DNA from: a virus
Virus record (IMG/VR): IMGVR_UViG_3300037512_001384
Location: 6,442 to 70,441 of that record
Reading direction: 5' to 3' (one strand)
Length of the DNA: 64,000 nt
The notes beneath the pieces are model-generated. The model did no database searches. It was not told where the DNA came from and saw nothing but the letters and a program-made list of their open reading frames with translations. A program made the position numbers and the translations under genes. Below, piece by piece: positions 26,668-36,103 of this stretch (its first letter is position 1; every line of letters starts with the position of its first letter).

Positions 26668-27510
26668 TTATGTGCCGGTGAAGAACCCCATACCGCTCAA
26701 GTCGAGATTATCGGCATCCACGCAGATGTAACGTGATGTCATGTTCTCGTTCTTGTTGTGGTTCATCAGGGCGCAGATGACGGCACGCGGCACACCGCGC
26801 AGAGTCAGGTTGGTGGCGAAGGATCTCCGGGCCGTATGACTCCCGACATACTCGTACTTGGGTCGCGTCTGCGTCTTACCGTGATAGAATATCTTGGTTT
26901 CCTGACTGATACCGCATCGGCGACAGATACGTTTGATGACATCGTTATAAACGGCTCTGTTATGTTCGCCGGTGGGCTTGTACTGCAGGTAACGCATGAG
27001 GTTGCGATGTATCGGTATGGAGCTCTCCACCTTCGTCTTCTGACTCACATAACACAGTCTGCCGTCAATGATGTTATGCTCGGTGAATGACTTGACATCG
27101 GACGTCCTGGCACCGCAGTAGCACTCGATGAGGAAAGCCGCCTTGATGTCCCGTTCCGTGTCATTATGGGGAACATATCGTTCGATACGCTCTATCTCCT
27201 CTTCCGTGAGATAGACGTTCTGTGACGGCACTCTCTTAGCCTTCAATTCCTTCCCGGGATTCTTACAGGGGAATAAATTCTCATCCAGATAAGCGGAAAG
27301 GAAAGCCTTCAATACGGCGAGATAGGTACATGCCGTATTACCGGCTACGTTGTCACAGATATTATCCCTCATCTCGGACAGGTTAAGCGTCGTGAGGTCG
27401 CTCCACTGCACCTCCTGAACGCCTATCGCATCACGCATATACCGAAGGATATGCGCATAGCTGGGTTGTCTTCTGACAAACTCCTGCTCAAAACTTAAAA
27501 TTCCGTTCAT
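26668..27510 (-). CDS. tyrosine recombinase (phage integrase family)
   Basis: CGARTSDV (Arg I), HTARRSFATNL (HxxR), MNHN.. and the terminal ..MTSRYICVD (catalytic Tyr). Confidence 0.85.
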   Translation of the reverse strand: MNGILSFEQEFVRRQPSYAHILRYMRDAIGVQEVQWSDLTTLNLSEMRDNICDNVAGNTACTYLAVLKAFLSAYLDENLFPCKNPGKELKAKRVPSQNVYLTEEEIERIERYVPHNDTERDIKAAFLIECYCGARTSDVKSFTEHNIIDGRLCYVSQKTKVESSIPIHRNLMRYLQYKPTGEHNRAVYNDVIKRICRRCGISQETKIFYHGKTQTRPKYEYVGSHTARRSFATNLTLRGVPRAVICALMNHNKNENMTSRYICVDADNLDLSGMGFFTGT

Positions 27511-27696
27511 ATCATTTGGTTTTTATTGATTACGACGAGTGAAGCCGGACAATATCCCATCGTCCGGCTCCTGATTAACCTAAATACTTATGTGGTAAAA
27601 ACGTACACACGAAAGTATGTGTAAACATGTTGACCACACTGCTACGACTATGGTAATCTTGCTGCCGGAGGACGTTTTACCGTCATCCGGCATTGT

Positions 27697-29073
27697 TTAC
27701 AGGCGCAGTGTACCCGCTCTTGCCGCCTCACAGCGTCTCAGCACCTCCTTACGGTCACGTATGAGTATCCTGGCTCTCATATCCATACCTTCGCCCGTGG
27801 GCTTATCCAGGACACCTATCGCAACCATCGTGAGGAAGTCCTCGATTGCCATACGGCGTGTAAGAAGGAAGGGGAACATACCGAAGTTACGTGGCGTCAA
27901 CTCTGTCCTGCCTTGTGACTCCTGCAGGAAGAGGCATTCGGGTTGTCCCTTGATAGTAACGGTGACACATGGCGCATCCTCCTGTCCCGGGATGTCAAGC
28001 ACGGAACCGGTAAATGTACCTCTGCAGACAAGGTTGAGCAGTATAGCATCCTCGATGTACTCCGTATCTGCATATCCGCATTGTACGCGCACGTCATCAA
28101 TGCCGTCTGAGTAGAGCATATCACCCTTACCCATCAGGTCCTCGGCACCGGTATGGTCGAGGATGACACGCGAATCAATACCCGATGCGACGCGGAACGC
28201 GATACGTACCGGGAAGTTCGCCTTGATGTTTCCTGTCACGATGGTCGCCGACGGACGTTGCGTGGCTATGATCATGTGGATACCGACGGCACGGGCTTTC
28301 TGTGCGATACGGCATATCATACGCTCCATATCCTTCCCGGCTGTCATAATAAGGTCGGCATACTCGTCTATGACCACGATGCAGTAACGCATGTAGTCTT
28401 CACCGTTGAGCTTGTCATTATACTCTTTGATGTTACGTACTCCTTTCTGCGAGAGAAGGGTGTAACGGTACTCCATGAGGTTAATGACACGCTGCAGGAT
28501 AGCGACAGCATCCTCTGTGGTCGTGGCTATGTCATCGGCGAGATACTTGTGCCAGAGAGGAGCGTAGATGTTGAGCTCAACCTGTTTGGGGTCGATGAGC
28601 ACCAACTGCATCTCTTCCGGTGTGCGCTTGCTCATCAGTGAGAGCAGCAGCATGTTCAGGCATACCGACTTACCTTGACCGGTCGCACCGGCAATAAGCA
28701 GGTGCGGCATCTGTGTGAGGTCACGGATGAAGAGTTCTCCCTGTACCGTCTTGCCTATGGCGCATGGAAGTGCCATCCTGCAGGACTCGTAATCGACATG
28801 ATGCAGAACGCTGTCCATGTGTACTATCTGACGTTGGAAGTTGGGAACCTCAATGCCAATCGTACCGCCTGCGAGCGGTCCCATGATGCGTACCGACTCC
28901 GTACCGACCGCCAAGGCAAACTCATCAGCGAGTCTGCGTACACGTGTCATATTCACACCCATATCCGGTCTGAACTCATACAGGGTGACGCTGGGTCCTT
29001 TCGTGACTCTCCAGCTCAGCGGTTCAATCTTATGAACCCTGAGCACCTGTTCTAACTTGTAAGTGTAATCCAT
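27697..29073 (-). CDS. FtsK/SpoIIIE-family DNA translocase-like ATPase
   Basis: Walker A AGATGQGKS, Walker B VVIDEYADL, ATQRPSATIVTGNIKANFP..GAEDLMGKGDML. Start set at MDYTYK by the cassette. Confidence 0.85.
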   Translation of the reverse strand: MDYTYKLEQVLRVHKIEPLSWRVTKGPSVTLYEFRPDMGVNMTRVRRLADEFALAVGTESVRIMGPLAGGTIGIEVPNFQRQIVHMDSVLHHVDYESCRMALPCAIGKTVQGELFIRDLTQMPHLLIAGATGQGKSVCLNMLLLSLMSKRTPEEMQLVLIDPKQVELNIYAPLWHKYLADDIATTTEDAVAILQRVINLMEYRYTLLSQKGVRNIKEYNDKLNGEDYMRYCIVVIDEYADLIMTAGKDMERMICRIAQKARAVGIHMIIATQRPSATIVTGNIKANFPVRIAFRVASGIDSRVILDHTGAEDLMGKGDMLYSDGIDDVRVQCGYADTEYIEDAILLNLVCRGTFTGSVLDIPGQEDAPCVTVTIKGQPECLFLQESQGRTELTPRNFGMFPFLLTRRMAIEDFLTMVAIGVLDKPTGEGMDMRARILIRDRKEVLRRCEAARAGTLRL

Positions 29074-29157
29074 AATGATTGTTTGAGTTATTATTGGCGG
29101 AGCAGCTGATGTCACTCAATCAGCTCCAGGACGTGGGATTTGTCCTTTGGAAAAGTG

Positions 29158-29245
29158 ATGCGCACCCATGTCAATGAGTACGCATCTGTTTAACTCTTTA
29201 AATACTACAACTATGCGCCTCACGGCGTTCGTATGTAATAATTAG
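29158..29245 (+). promoter_or_regulatory. solo cassette in the opposite (plus) orientation, followed by a 10-codon mini-ORF
   Basis: Hairpin ATGCGCAC..GTACGCAT, then CTGTTTAACTCTTTAAATACTACAACTATG (near-perfect consensus), then MRLTAFVCNN and a stop. Confidence 0.55.
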
Positions 29246-29320
29246 CACAAAGATAAGGATTCGCCCTTATCCTTGTATGGCGATGTTAATCCTTAACATA
29301 GTTAATGTACGGATTTAACA

Positions 29321-29593
29321 TTAGTAGTGTTGCTGAACGAGGTTGTCGATAGAATCAAGCACCTCATCCACGTCACGTATCACTCCCATCTTACCGAGAT
29401 CTTCCACGATACATTTAAGTCTGACGTAGTTCTTAACCCCCACACGTGTGGCTCCTACGCCGTTTTTTACGAATGACGGGCGTATGGAATGGAAGTGCTT
29501 ACGGAAGAACTGTTCAAGCGACATGAAGCCCACTGTCTTGCTCTTCTGTTCCCTGTTGCTGAAATACTCAGCGGCTAATTTCCTCAGTCTCAT
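29321..29593 (-). CDS. hypothetical protein
   Basis: ORF-track ORF with a weak cassette upstream. Confidence 0.5.
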   Translation of the reverse strand: MRLRKLAAEYFSNREQKSKTVGFMSLEQFFRKHFHSIRPSFVKNGVGATRVGVKNYVRLKCIVEDLGKMGVIRDVDEVLDSIDNLVQQHY

Positions 29594-29626
29594 AGTTACT
29601 TCTCAATTAGTTAAGTTACTACCCTG

Positions 29627-29779
29627 TTAATTACTGACCGCCTGCACCGTATGAGCCTTGAAGTGGAATAATGCATCTGCAGGTGTCATAGGAATCGGGG
29701 TTGAAAGTATTTCCTCCTTACCCCGGCGGTACACCCTCCATTGGGTGTACTTCTTCTGGGTTGTTTTCTCTTCTTTCAT
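29627..29779 (-). CDS. hypothetical protein (50 aa, not in ORF track)
   Basis: MKEEKTTQKKYTQWRVY..; start preceded by the cassette (hairpin TATAGCTG..CAGCTATA). Confidence 0.45.
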   Translation of the reverse strand: MKEEKTTQKKYTQWRVYRRGKEEILSTPIPMTPADALFHFKAHTVQAVSN

Positions 29780-29844
29780 TGCGAATCATTTTAGTTAGAC
29801 ATAATGGCGATTATAGCTGCGTTTCCACAGCTATAACCTTCTTG

Positions 29845-30435
29845 TTACTCGGCGATGTAATCATTCCAGAGAGCTTGTGCCATGATCTCCGCTGCAATCT
29901 CGTCCTCGGGAAGTTGGTTGAACATATCCAATGTGTTGCCATGAAGATCCTCGTCCCCGGCTTCCAAAACATCTCTAATCTCAGAGATGACATCGAGCAT
30001 ATCATCTTTGAGCTGTTGAAAATCCTCAATAGGATTACCGTCGCTGTCATAACAATGGTCGTTCGGATCATTAAGGTTAAGTAGGATGTCGCCCGTTAAG
30101 TTGATAAAGTGATATTCATGATACCCGGGTACGAACGAATACTCTGTCTTGGCGTACTGTTCGCGCAGTGATTTGAGAATGAATATCAGCTCTTCTACCG
30201 GATGCTGAATAACGTATTCGCCTTCTTCTTGGTAGTCTTCAAAGAGCAGGATGATACCGTTATCGATTGGATTTAGGTCCACACCCTGCAGCAATACCTC
30301 GCCGTCATGGTCGTCAATCATGATAGGTGTCTCGAACGTCCACGCAAATCCCATTTTCTTCATCTCCTTGCGGATGTCAGCGATTACCTGCTCTTTGAGC
30401 TCCTTTACTTTTTCGTTGTAGTTTTTTGTTTCCAT
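29845..30435 (-). CDS. hypothetical, strongly acidic protein
   Basis: Cassette-defined start. D/E-rich throughout. Confidence 0.55.
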   Translation of the reverse strand: METKNYNEKVKELKEQVIADIRKEMKKMGFAWTFETPIMIDDHDGEVLLQGVDLNPIDNGIILLFEDYQEEGEYVIQHPVEELIFILKSLREQYAKTEYSFVPGYHEYHFINLTGDILLNLNDPNDHCYDSDGNPIEDFQQLKDDMLDVISEIRDVLEAGDEDLHGNTLDMFNQLPEDEIAAEIMAQALWNDYIAE

Positions 30436-30497
30436 AATTGATGTTTTTTAGGTTAAACGTGGTTCCCTGCAAGCATTTCCGTACTTGCAGGAATAAA

Positions 30498-30977
30498 TCA
30501 CCAATGATTCGCAGTACGTATGTGTTTCATTGTGAATGTAGCGGTCTCTAATGAGCCCTTGAACTTGATGCGGGTAAAGAATGTCACACCCAATTCTCCT
30601 GTGTTGGACAGTTCAGTCTCGACCTTTGTGATTTTGGATGTGTGATTCTTTCCGTCATCAGGGCAATACCATTTGACGGTATCGTTGATGCTGTAGGGAA
30701 TGACAATCAATCCGTTCGGTTTCTCACCCAGATCCACGAAGAAATCAGTCCATCGGTCGTGGCAATTTGCGTTCTTTTCAGGAAGGTATGGCCAGGCGTG
30801 ACTTGCATTCATCTTGTCATTGGTTATAAACCCACAGTCATATTTGCCGGGAGTATAGTTCTCCTTCTGTGAGTAGGCGGGCTCAAAATCACATAGGTAA
30901 ATCCGTCCTTTGCGATAGTAACCCTTGATGTCCTGTTTGCACAAAAACATGTGCCCTTTAATAATCCTCGGTTCCAT
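30498..30977 (-). CDS. hypothetical protein
   Basis: Cassette-defined start. Confidence 0.55.
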   Translation of the reverse strand: MEPRIIKGHMFLCKQDIKGYYRKGRIYLCDFEPAYSQKENYTPGKYDCGFITNDKMNASHAWPYLPEKNANCHDRWTDFFVDLGEKPNGLIVIPYSINDTVKWYCPDDGKNHTSKITKVETELSNTGELGVTFFTRIKFKGSLETATFTMKHIRTANHW

Positions 30978-31202
30978 TGTAGTATGATTTAAGAGTTAAA
31001 CAATTGTTGCCGTCACAAAAACTTTCATATCTTTGTGACGTGGAAACTAAAACGGATGTTCAGTCCGTATGTCGGGACTTACCTAAACCCAAGACTTATA
31101 GTCAGGGTGAAGTGCCACACTCTCAGGGAAATTGTAATGCGCATAATTACAATATTTAAAGAGTTAGTTTCCGTCCTCAGCTTAGGGCGCATGAGGGGCC
31201 TA

Positions 31203-31235
31203 AATGGATGTCTCGCTGGCATCCATTCTTTTTTT
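31203..31235 (+). terminator. plus-strand rho-independent terminator inside the leftward block
   Basis: AATGGATG..CATCCATT stem followed by C and seven T on the plus strand only. Confidence 0.55.
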
Positions 31236-31665
31236 ATGACCTGATTACACGGGCGTAGGAGTGAGTCGGATAGAATATTTCCTCTGCATTCCATGCGCTC
31301 GCCAAATCGTGCAAGTCCTCGAAGCAATCCACGTAATCCGAACCGGCATCGTACATCTCCAATATCTCCTTGTCGGATATTTCATTAAACTCTTTCTCGT
31401 CAAGGATGTCAGCATTGCTATCCAAGATATAGATGCGCTCACGAGATAATGGTTCCTTCATCAGACAACAGAGTAATGCGTCATTGAGCAGATTGGGGAG
31501 TTCTTCCTCGAAATAACCATCCGCGTAATTATCGATTACCTTTCCCTTGAGATTGCAGATGTCAAGGCGGTACGTGTTGTCTTCAGCTTTGACGCTTAGC
31601 TTATAACCGCGTTCTTTTAATTGTTCGTTGGCGAACTTCAGCAGTTTCTTGTTTTCTTTTTCCAT
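31234..31665 (-). CDS. hypothetical acidic protein
   Basis: Cassette-defined start. Confidence 0.55.
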   Translation of the reverse strand: MEKENKKLLKFANEQLKERGYKLSVKAEDNTYRLDICNLKGKVIDNYADGYFEEELPNLLNDALLCCLMKEPLSRERIYILDSNADILDEKEFNEISDKEILEMYDAGSDYVDCFEDLHDLASAWNAEEIFYPTHSYARVIRS

Positions 31666-31730
31666 AATAGTGTAGTGTTAGAGTTAAACAATAGCTGATG
31701 CTGTCAGTGTCATCCGGCAGCATCGTAGAT

Positions 31731-32030
31731 TCATATCCAGCTCACGAAGTCAATCTCCGTCTCTTCAGTGATGTTGATAGGCTCTTCGGTGACAATCGTA
31801 CCGCAGAAGTTGACCATGATACCGGCACCTTCCTTCTGAACTGTTACGGGTGTACTCCAGTCCCCGTCATCATTGTGTCTGGTGTGATACATGTGTTTGC
31901 CTTCGGGGATTGAGTTCGGATCAAGGCGCATTCCGTCAAAGAACTGCACTTCCCGGTTCTTATCTTCTCCTACTACATGAATCTCCAGCTTGTCGCAGTA
32001 ATCGAGATGTTCGTTGTAATTGTAAAGCAT
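31731..32030 (-). CDS. hypothetical protein
   Basis: Cassette-defined start. Confidence 0.55.
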   Translation of the reverse strand: MLYNYNEHLDYCDKLEIHVVGEDKNREVQFFDGMRLDPNSIPEGKHMYHTRHNDDGDWSTPVTVQKEGAGIMVNFCGTIVTEEPINITEETEIDFVSWI

Positions 32031-32094
32031 AATAATATAATTTTGAGTTAAACATATTTGCTTTGGTGTCGAATATCACTCCGACACCAAACAA

Positions 32095-32706
32095 TCAGAA
32101 CGGAAGAGGAATGTCCTCGATGATTTCATTCATAACCTCTTTCTCGAACTTCTCCAACTCCTCGATGTAGTCATAGTTGCCTTCGTCTTCATCCTTGCCG
32201 CCCAACCTCTTCTCAAATTCAACAGCTTTCTTGATGAAGTAAGCGGCTTTATCTCTGGAATCCAACCAAGGGTAACTTCCGCTTTTCTCAATCTTGGCGA
32301 TGTCTTCAGCGAGGTCTGCTACCAGATGTACGGCATTCTCCATCTCCTTGTAGGTGTATGTACGCACTTCGTCTTCTCCCTTGACCTCTATCTCAGGCAG
32401 ATAATCCATGATAAAATCAATGTGCGAATAGTGTACATCACCGAGTCCAATCTCAATGTCTGACACAGAACCGTCATGCAGATTGACTGACATACGGATG
32501 TTACCTTTGGACTCCACCCATATTTTCATCACATCTACGTCGCCTACATACTCGCAATCGTCAATGCTGGCTGTTATGATGGGGTATTCTATACCGGAAT
32601 CCTTCCATGTAAAACTGCCTCCCAGCTTTTCCAGGCACTTGCGCAATTCCCTTTGTTCCTTTACGGCTATTTCAGCATACGCTTTGTAAAATGATTCATG
32701 TTTCAT
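32095..32706 (-). CDS. hypothetical acidic protein
   Basis: Cassette-defined start. Confidence 0.55.
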   Translation of the reverse strand: MKHESFYKAYAEIAVKEQRELRKCLEKLGGSFTWKDSGIEYPIITASIDDCEYVGDVDVMKIWVESKGNIRMSVNLHDGSVSDIEIGLGDVHYSHIDFIMDYLPEIEVKGEDEVRTYTYKEMENAVHLVADLAEDIAKIEKSGSYPWLDSRDKAAYFIKKAVEFEKRLGGKDEDEGNYDYIEELEKFEKEVMNEIIEDIPLPF

Positions 32707-32749
32707 AATTGTAGTTTTAAGAGTTAGTTACATGGTGGAGAGATGCATT

Positions 32750-33250
32750 TTACTGCATCATCTCCTTCGGTATCAGACAGGTTGGGTTATCATTGATGTA
32801 TCTTATGATTCGCTCTATTGTAACCCAGCCGAGGCTTGCCACTCGGTCATGCCAATCATCTGCATCATCCGGATTATCCGTGTATATTATGCCCGGATTG
32901 ACGTAGTGGTAGCACATAAGATGCTCAGAGCCGTCATTTTCTTTCCGTATGTAGATACAACGGATAGAACGGTGGGTAAATTCATCTTCGAGAAGGTCAT
33001 AAACGTTATCGTCAATGTCACTCATGGAGATTTCAGGATTGACGAGACTCTTCATCTTGATAACTTCACATCCGGCTCTCTCATTGAAGGACAATACGTG
33101 AGTTGCCTCTGCTCCGTCCAAATCCAATCCGAACTCCTTGATGTCACCGGGCGTGGGCTTATGTCCTTTCTCGCGAACATACTCCATGAGTTGTTTAACC
33201 ACCTCATCCGCAGCTCTGTTCATTGATGTCATTAAGTCACTTGCTTTCAT
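32750..33250 (-). CDS. hypothetical protein
   Basis: ORF 32750-33337 trimmed to MKASDLM by the cassette. Confidence 0.5.
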   Translation of the reverse strand: MKASDLMTSMNRAADEVVKQLMEYVREKGHKPTPGDIKEFGLDLDGAEATHVLSFNERAGCEVIKMKSLVNPEISMSDIDDNVYDLLEDEFTHRSIRCIYIRKENDGSEHLMCYHYVNPGIIYTDNPDDADDWHDRVASLGWVTIERIIRYINDNPTCLIPKEMMQ

Positions 33251-33308
33251 AATCGTATTTATTTGAGTTAAGTTGTATCCTTGCGCCCGGTTAAGAGCGC
33301 ATGGATAG

Positions 33309-33854
33309 TCAGATCTCGTAGAAGGGAATCTGGTCATCGGCTGTCATCCTTCCTGTAAGCAGTTGGAAGAAGACCGTCTCATAACGTCTATGCTCAGGAC
33401 CTTCGGAATTTCTCATACAATCGAAGTATTTCTCCATTGCGGCTCGTCTGGTCATTACCTCTGTGTCGTTGTAGCAGATGACAGTTACCTGCTCTTCGAG
33501 TTTACTTTCAGCTAAACCGCTGAGAGCAGATGCTTTTGGTTCACTGAGTTCCTTGTCAAGCGTAGCCCATACGTCTATGAGAGATTCACCGAGATAGTTT
33601 AGAAGGCTGTCGCCAATCACCCATTCGGTCTCCTTGCCGGATACTTCCGTAGATACCTCGAATCGTAGTTCTCCGTCAGAATCAGCCATAACGGAATGAC
33701 ACAATTCCTTGGCGCATACCTCACCTTCAAGGAAGAAGATTTGTACGGGCTTCTTGAACTTATGGCAAACTCCCATACCCAGGCGGTTGAGCATATCACT
33801 AATCATCTGGCGTTTGGCGGCCTCAATCATCGTTTCATAAACTTGTCTTTGCAT
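33309..33854 (-). CDS. hypothetical protein
   Basis: Cassette-defined start. Confidence 0.55.
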   Translation of the reverse strand: MQRQVYETMIEAAKRQMISDMLNRLGMGVCHKFKKPVQIFFLEGEVCAKELCHSVMADSDGELRFEVSTEVSGKETEWVIGDSLLNYLGESLIDVWATLDKELSEPKASALSGLAESKLEEQVTVICYNDTEVMTRRAAMEKYFDCMRNSEGPEHRRYETVFFQLLTGRMTADDQIPFYEI

Positions 33855-33919
33855 AATTGTAGAGTATTTGAGTTAAACAATTGGTATGTGGCAAGGAAGC
33901 TGCTCGTTGCCACACTGAC

Positions 33920-34126
33920 TTACTTGACCTCATAGTAATCGTCGGGATAACGGCTCATATAGTTGCGAATATCCTCCTCTGTCCAATCATCGGTCATACA
34001 TCCTTTACCCTGAACGTTGGTCCTATATTTGGCTATTACCTTGCCTTTCTCATATACCCTGATGGTGTAAGTCCTGTCATGGTGGTTAGCCTTGATTCTG
34101 TAATTTCTGTCTTTTCTGTTGTACAT
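33920..34126 (-). CDS. hypothetical protein
   Basis: Trimmed to MYNRKDRN by the cassette. Confidence 0.5.
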   Translation of the reverse strand: MYNRKDRNYRIKANHHDRTYTIRVYEKGKVIAKYRTNVQGKGCMTDDWTEEDIRNYMSRYPDDYYEVK

Positions 34127-34187
34127 AGTTTCGGTTTTAGTTGAACATAGTGACCATTCTATTGTTTCCAATAAAATGGTCCGGGTG

Positions 34188-34544
34188 CTAACTTACATAG
34201 TTACCGCAAGGGGTATCTGTTGTAACGTTGGCAAAACTAAGACGATAATCGGCTGGCTTGCCGTCAAAATACGTGTTGATAGTCTCAAGGATTTCTTCCT
34301 CAGAATGGTCATCCTGATATTGGCTGAAATCGCAGTAGCTGTCATCTACATAGTCTTTGTTCTCTGACATGTGGCGTACAAAATCCTCCAATTTCTCGAT
34401 GAAGAAATCGCACTCCATATTGGCCCAGTAATCCTCATTGTGGTAGATGTAACCGAAGATATGGATAAACTTTACTCCATGCTCTTCATAAATCTGGAAG
34501 AAGTCCAATTCTTCCGGTTTGGTTAATTTCTCGAATTTCTGCAT
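34188..34544 (-). CDS. hypothetical acidic protein
   Basis: Trimmed to MQKFEKL by the cassette. Confidence 0.5.
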   Translation of the reverse strand: MQKFEKLTKPEELDFFQIYEEHGVKFIHIFGYIYHNEDYWANMECDFFIEKLEDFVRHMSENKDYVDDSYCDFSQYQDDHSEEEILETINTYFDGKPADYRLSFANVTTDTPCGNYVS

Positions 34545-34603
34545 AGCTGTACGTTTTGAGTTAATGGCATCTCCTGTCGGTGTCGCCCGGCAGAAGATGA
34601 TAG

Positions 34604-34834
34604 TCACTTGATCCAATAGAAGGATGCACGTTTGCCTACGATAGCCACCGCGTCAGTTACAAGCCCTCTCGCGTTGCTGATGTCATAGACTTGTCCGAGA
34701 CGCGATTCATACCTCTCGCTCTTGTTGGCTATGAATGTCTCCCAGTACATCTTGTCGATGACCAGCAATCCAAGGTCCATCAGATCTTTTGCGCTACCCG
34801 CAAGATGCAGGTCTTTCTTTGTCAGTTTCTCCAT
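34604..34834 (-). CDS. hypothetical protein
   Basis: Cassette-defined start. Confidence 0.5.
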   Translation of the reverse strand: MEKLTKKDLHLAGSAKDLMDLGLLVIDKMYWETFIANKSERYESRLGQVYDISNARGLVTDAVAIVGKRASFYWIK

Positions 34835-34885
34835 AATCTTTTGTTTTGAGTTGGTGGACAGGCGAATGTTATTCCGCCTTATCCT

Positions 34886-35083
34886 TCAGGCGACAATCTC
34901 CAGCTCGTGAGGGAACGCCTCTAAGTCTGAATACTCGTCGGAGCACTGCACAAAATCGCCCTTGAGATTGTCAATGGTGAAGATGCGCGACAAGTCACGG
35001 TTCTCAATGTCAGGATCGTAGAATCTTACCTTAGCGCCAACAGACAATTCCTTTCCGTTGATGTCATACATTTTCTCTTCCAT
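34886..35083 (-). CDS. hypothetical protein
   Basis: Cassette-defined start. Confidence 0.5.
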   Translation of the reverse strand: MEEKMYDINGKELSVGAKVRFYDPDIENRDLSRIFTIDNLKGDFVQCSDEYSDLEAFPHELEIVA

Positions 35084-35143
35084 AATTTAGAGTTTAAGAG
35101 TTAGTAGCTCCGTAACCGTCCGTCAAGACCGCTACGGAAATAG

Positions 35144-35269
35144 TTACGGGCGATAGAAGAAGCGGTGGTCCATTGATACCATGATAACTGAACCGTTGCT
35201 CTGCTCGTGCTCAAAAAAATCCTGATGCAGATATTCTTTGTTAATCTGCTTGCCTCGGAGTTCCGTCAT
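35144..35269 (-). CDS. hypothetical protein (41 aa)
   Basis: ATGA overlap with the stop of the upstream gene. No cassette of its own. Confidence 0.35.
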   Translation of the reverse strand: MTELRGKQINKEYLHQDFFEHEQSNGSVIMVSMDHRFFYRP

Positions 35270-36039
35270 GCCGCAATTTTTGAGAAGTGAATCTCTTCCA
35301 GCCTGTACGGTGTGCCGAAGTTGCCCCATGAGCTTGTCTTTACCTCGTACATGATGTGATACATGCCGTTCTTGCTCCGTTCATACTTGTAGCCTATTAT
35401 CGTTCCCTCTGTACGTTCATCAGCGTGACGGTAAAGTTTGACGTAGCATTTCTTGCCAATCTCAAAGCCGGATGCAGGGCGCAAATCTTCAGCGACCAGG
35501 CTCCCGTCCCAAGCTCCAAGATCAACCTTTTCCCATCCCTCACGGAACGCTTTCGGCATACGCTCGATGGTGTCGAACTTGATGTCTTCGGTGGAGGTGA
35601 TGAGCTTGTCCTTGCGGAGCTGCACGAGAAGATTGTTATATACATACTGCTGAATCTCTGTCGGAGCTTTGCAAGCCTCCTTATAGACGGCATAATACTG
35701 AGATGCTATCTGTCTGTTCTCGGAGAGATACTTCAGGTTCTGTCCGAAAGTCAGACCACCCAGATAATCATCGTTGACACGTGACGGATGCGAGTAGTTG
35801 CAGCCCCAATTCTGATAGTGGGATTCCCTGCGGTTCTCCGCATCCCATCTCTTCTTGAGTTCAGGGCGAAAGTCATGCCTCTCGCCATACTTGTCCACGT
35901 CATACTTGGGATAGGTGTATTCAAAATCGCCTACTTTCACTCTGACGCATTCGGTCTCGTGATTCCAATCGTCCTTGACGGTGATGTCCTCGCTCGTTCC
36001 TTTGTCGAGATAATCGAGGATGTTTTCTTTCTTTGCCAT
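35266..36039 (-). CDS. hypothetical protein
   Basis: ORF 35266-36231 trimmed to MAKKENIL by the cassette. Confidence 0.55.
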   Translation of the reverse strand: MAKKENILDYLDKGTSEDITVKDDWNHETECVRVKVGDFEYTYPKYDVDKYGERHDFRPELKKRWDAENRRESHYQNWGCNYSHPSRVNDDYLGGLTFGQNLKYLSENRQIASQYYAVYKEACKAPTEIQQYVYNNLLVQLRKDKLITSTEDIKFDTIERMPKAFREGWEKVDLGAWDGSLVAEDLRPASGFEIGKKCYVKLYRHADERTEGTIIGYKYERSKNGMYHIMYEVKTSSWGNFGTPYRLEEIHFSKIAA

Positions 36040-36103
36040 AGTTGTAGTCTTAAGTTGGTTAAACAATATGGCTCCAAGGGAAGATTCTACTCTTCCCTCA
36101 GAT

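Noticed and set aside
27511-27696. attP site next to the recombinase gene
   Set aside because: The spacer contains a cassette-like hairpin and a small palindrome (TACACAcgaaagTATGTGTA). Without the bacterial attB or prophage ends, no core can be assigned.
27617-29055. Plus-strand ORFs (27617-28114, 28153-28641, 28675-29055) opposite the FtsK-like gene
   Set aside because: Shadow ORFs. The minus-strand frame carries clear Walker A, Walker B and FtsK signatures.
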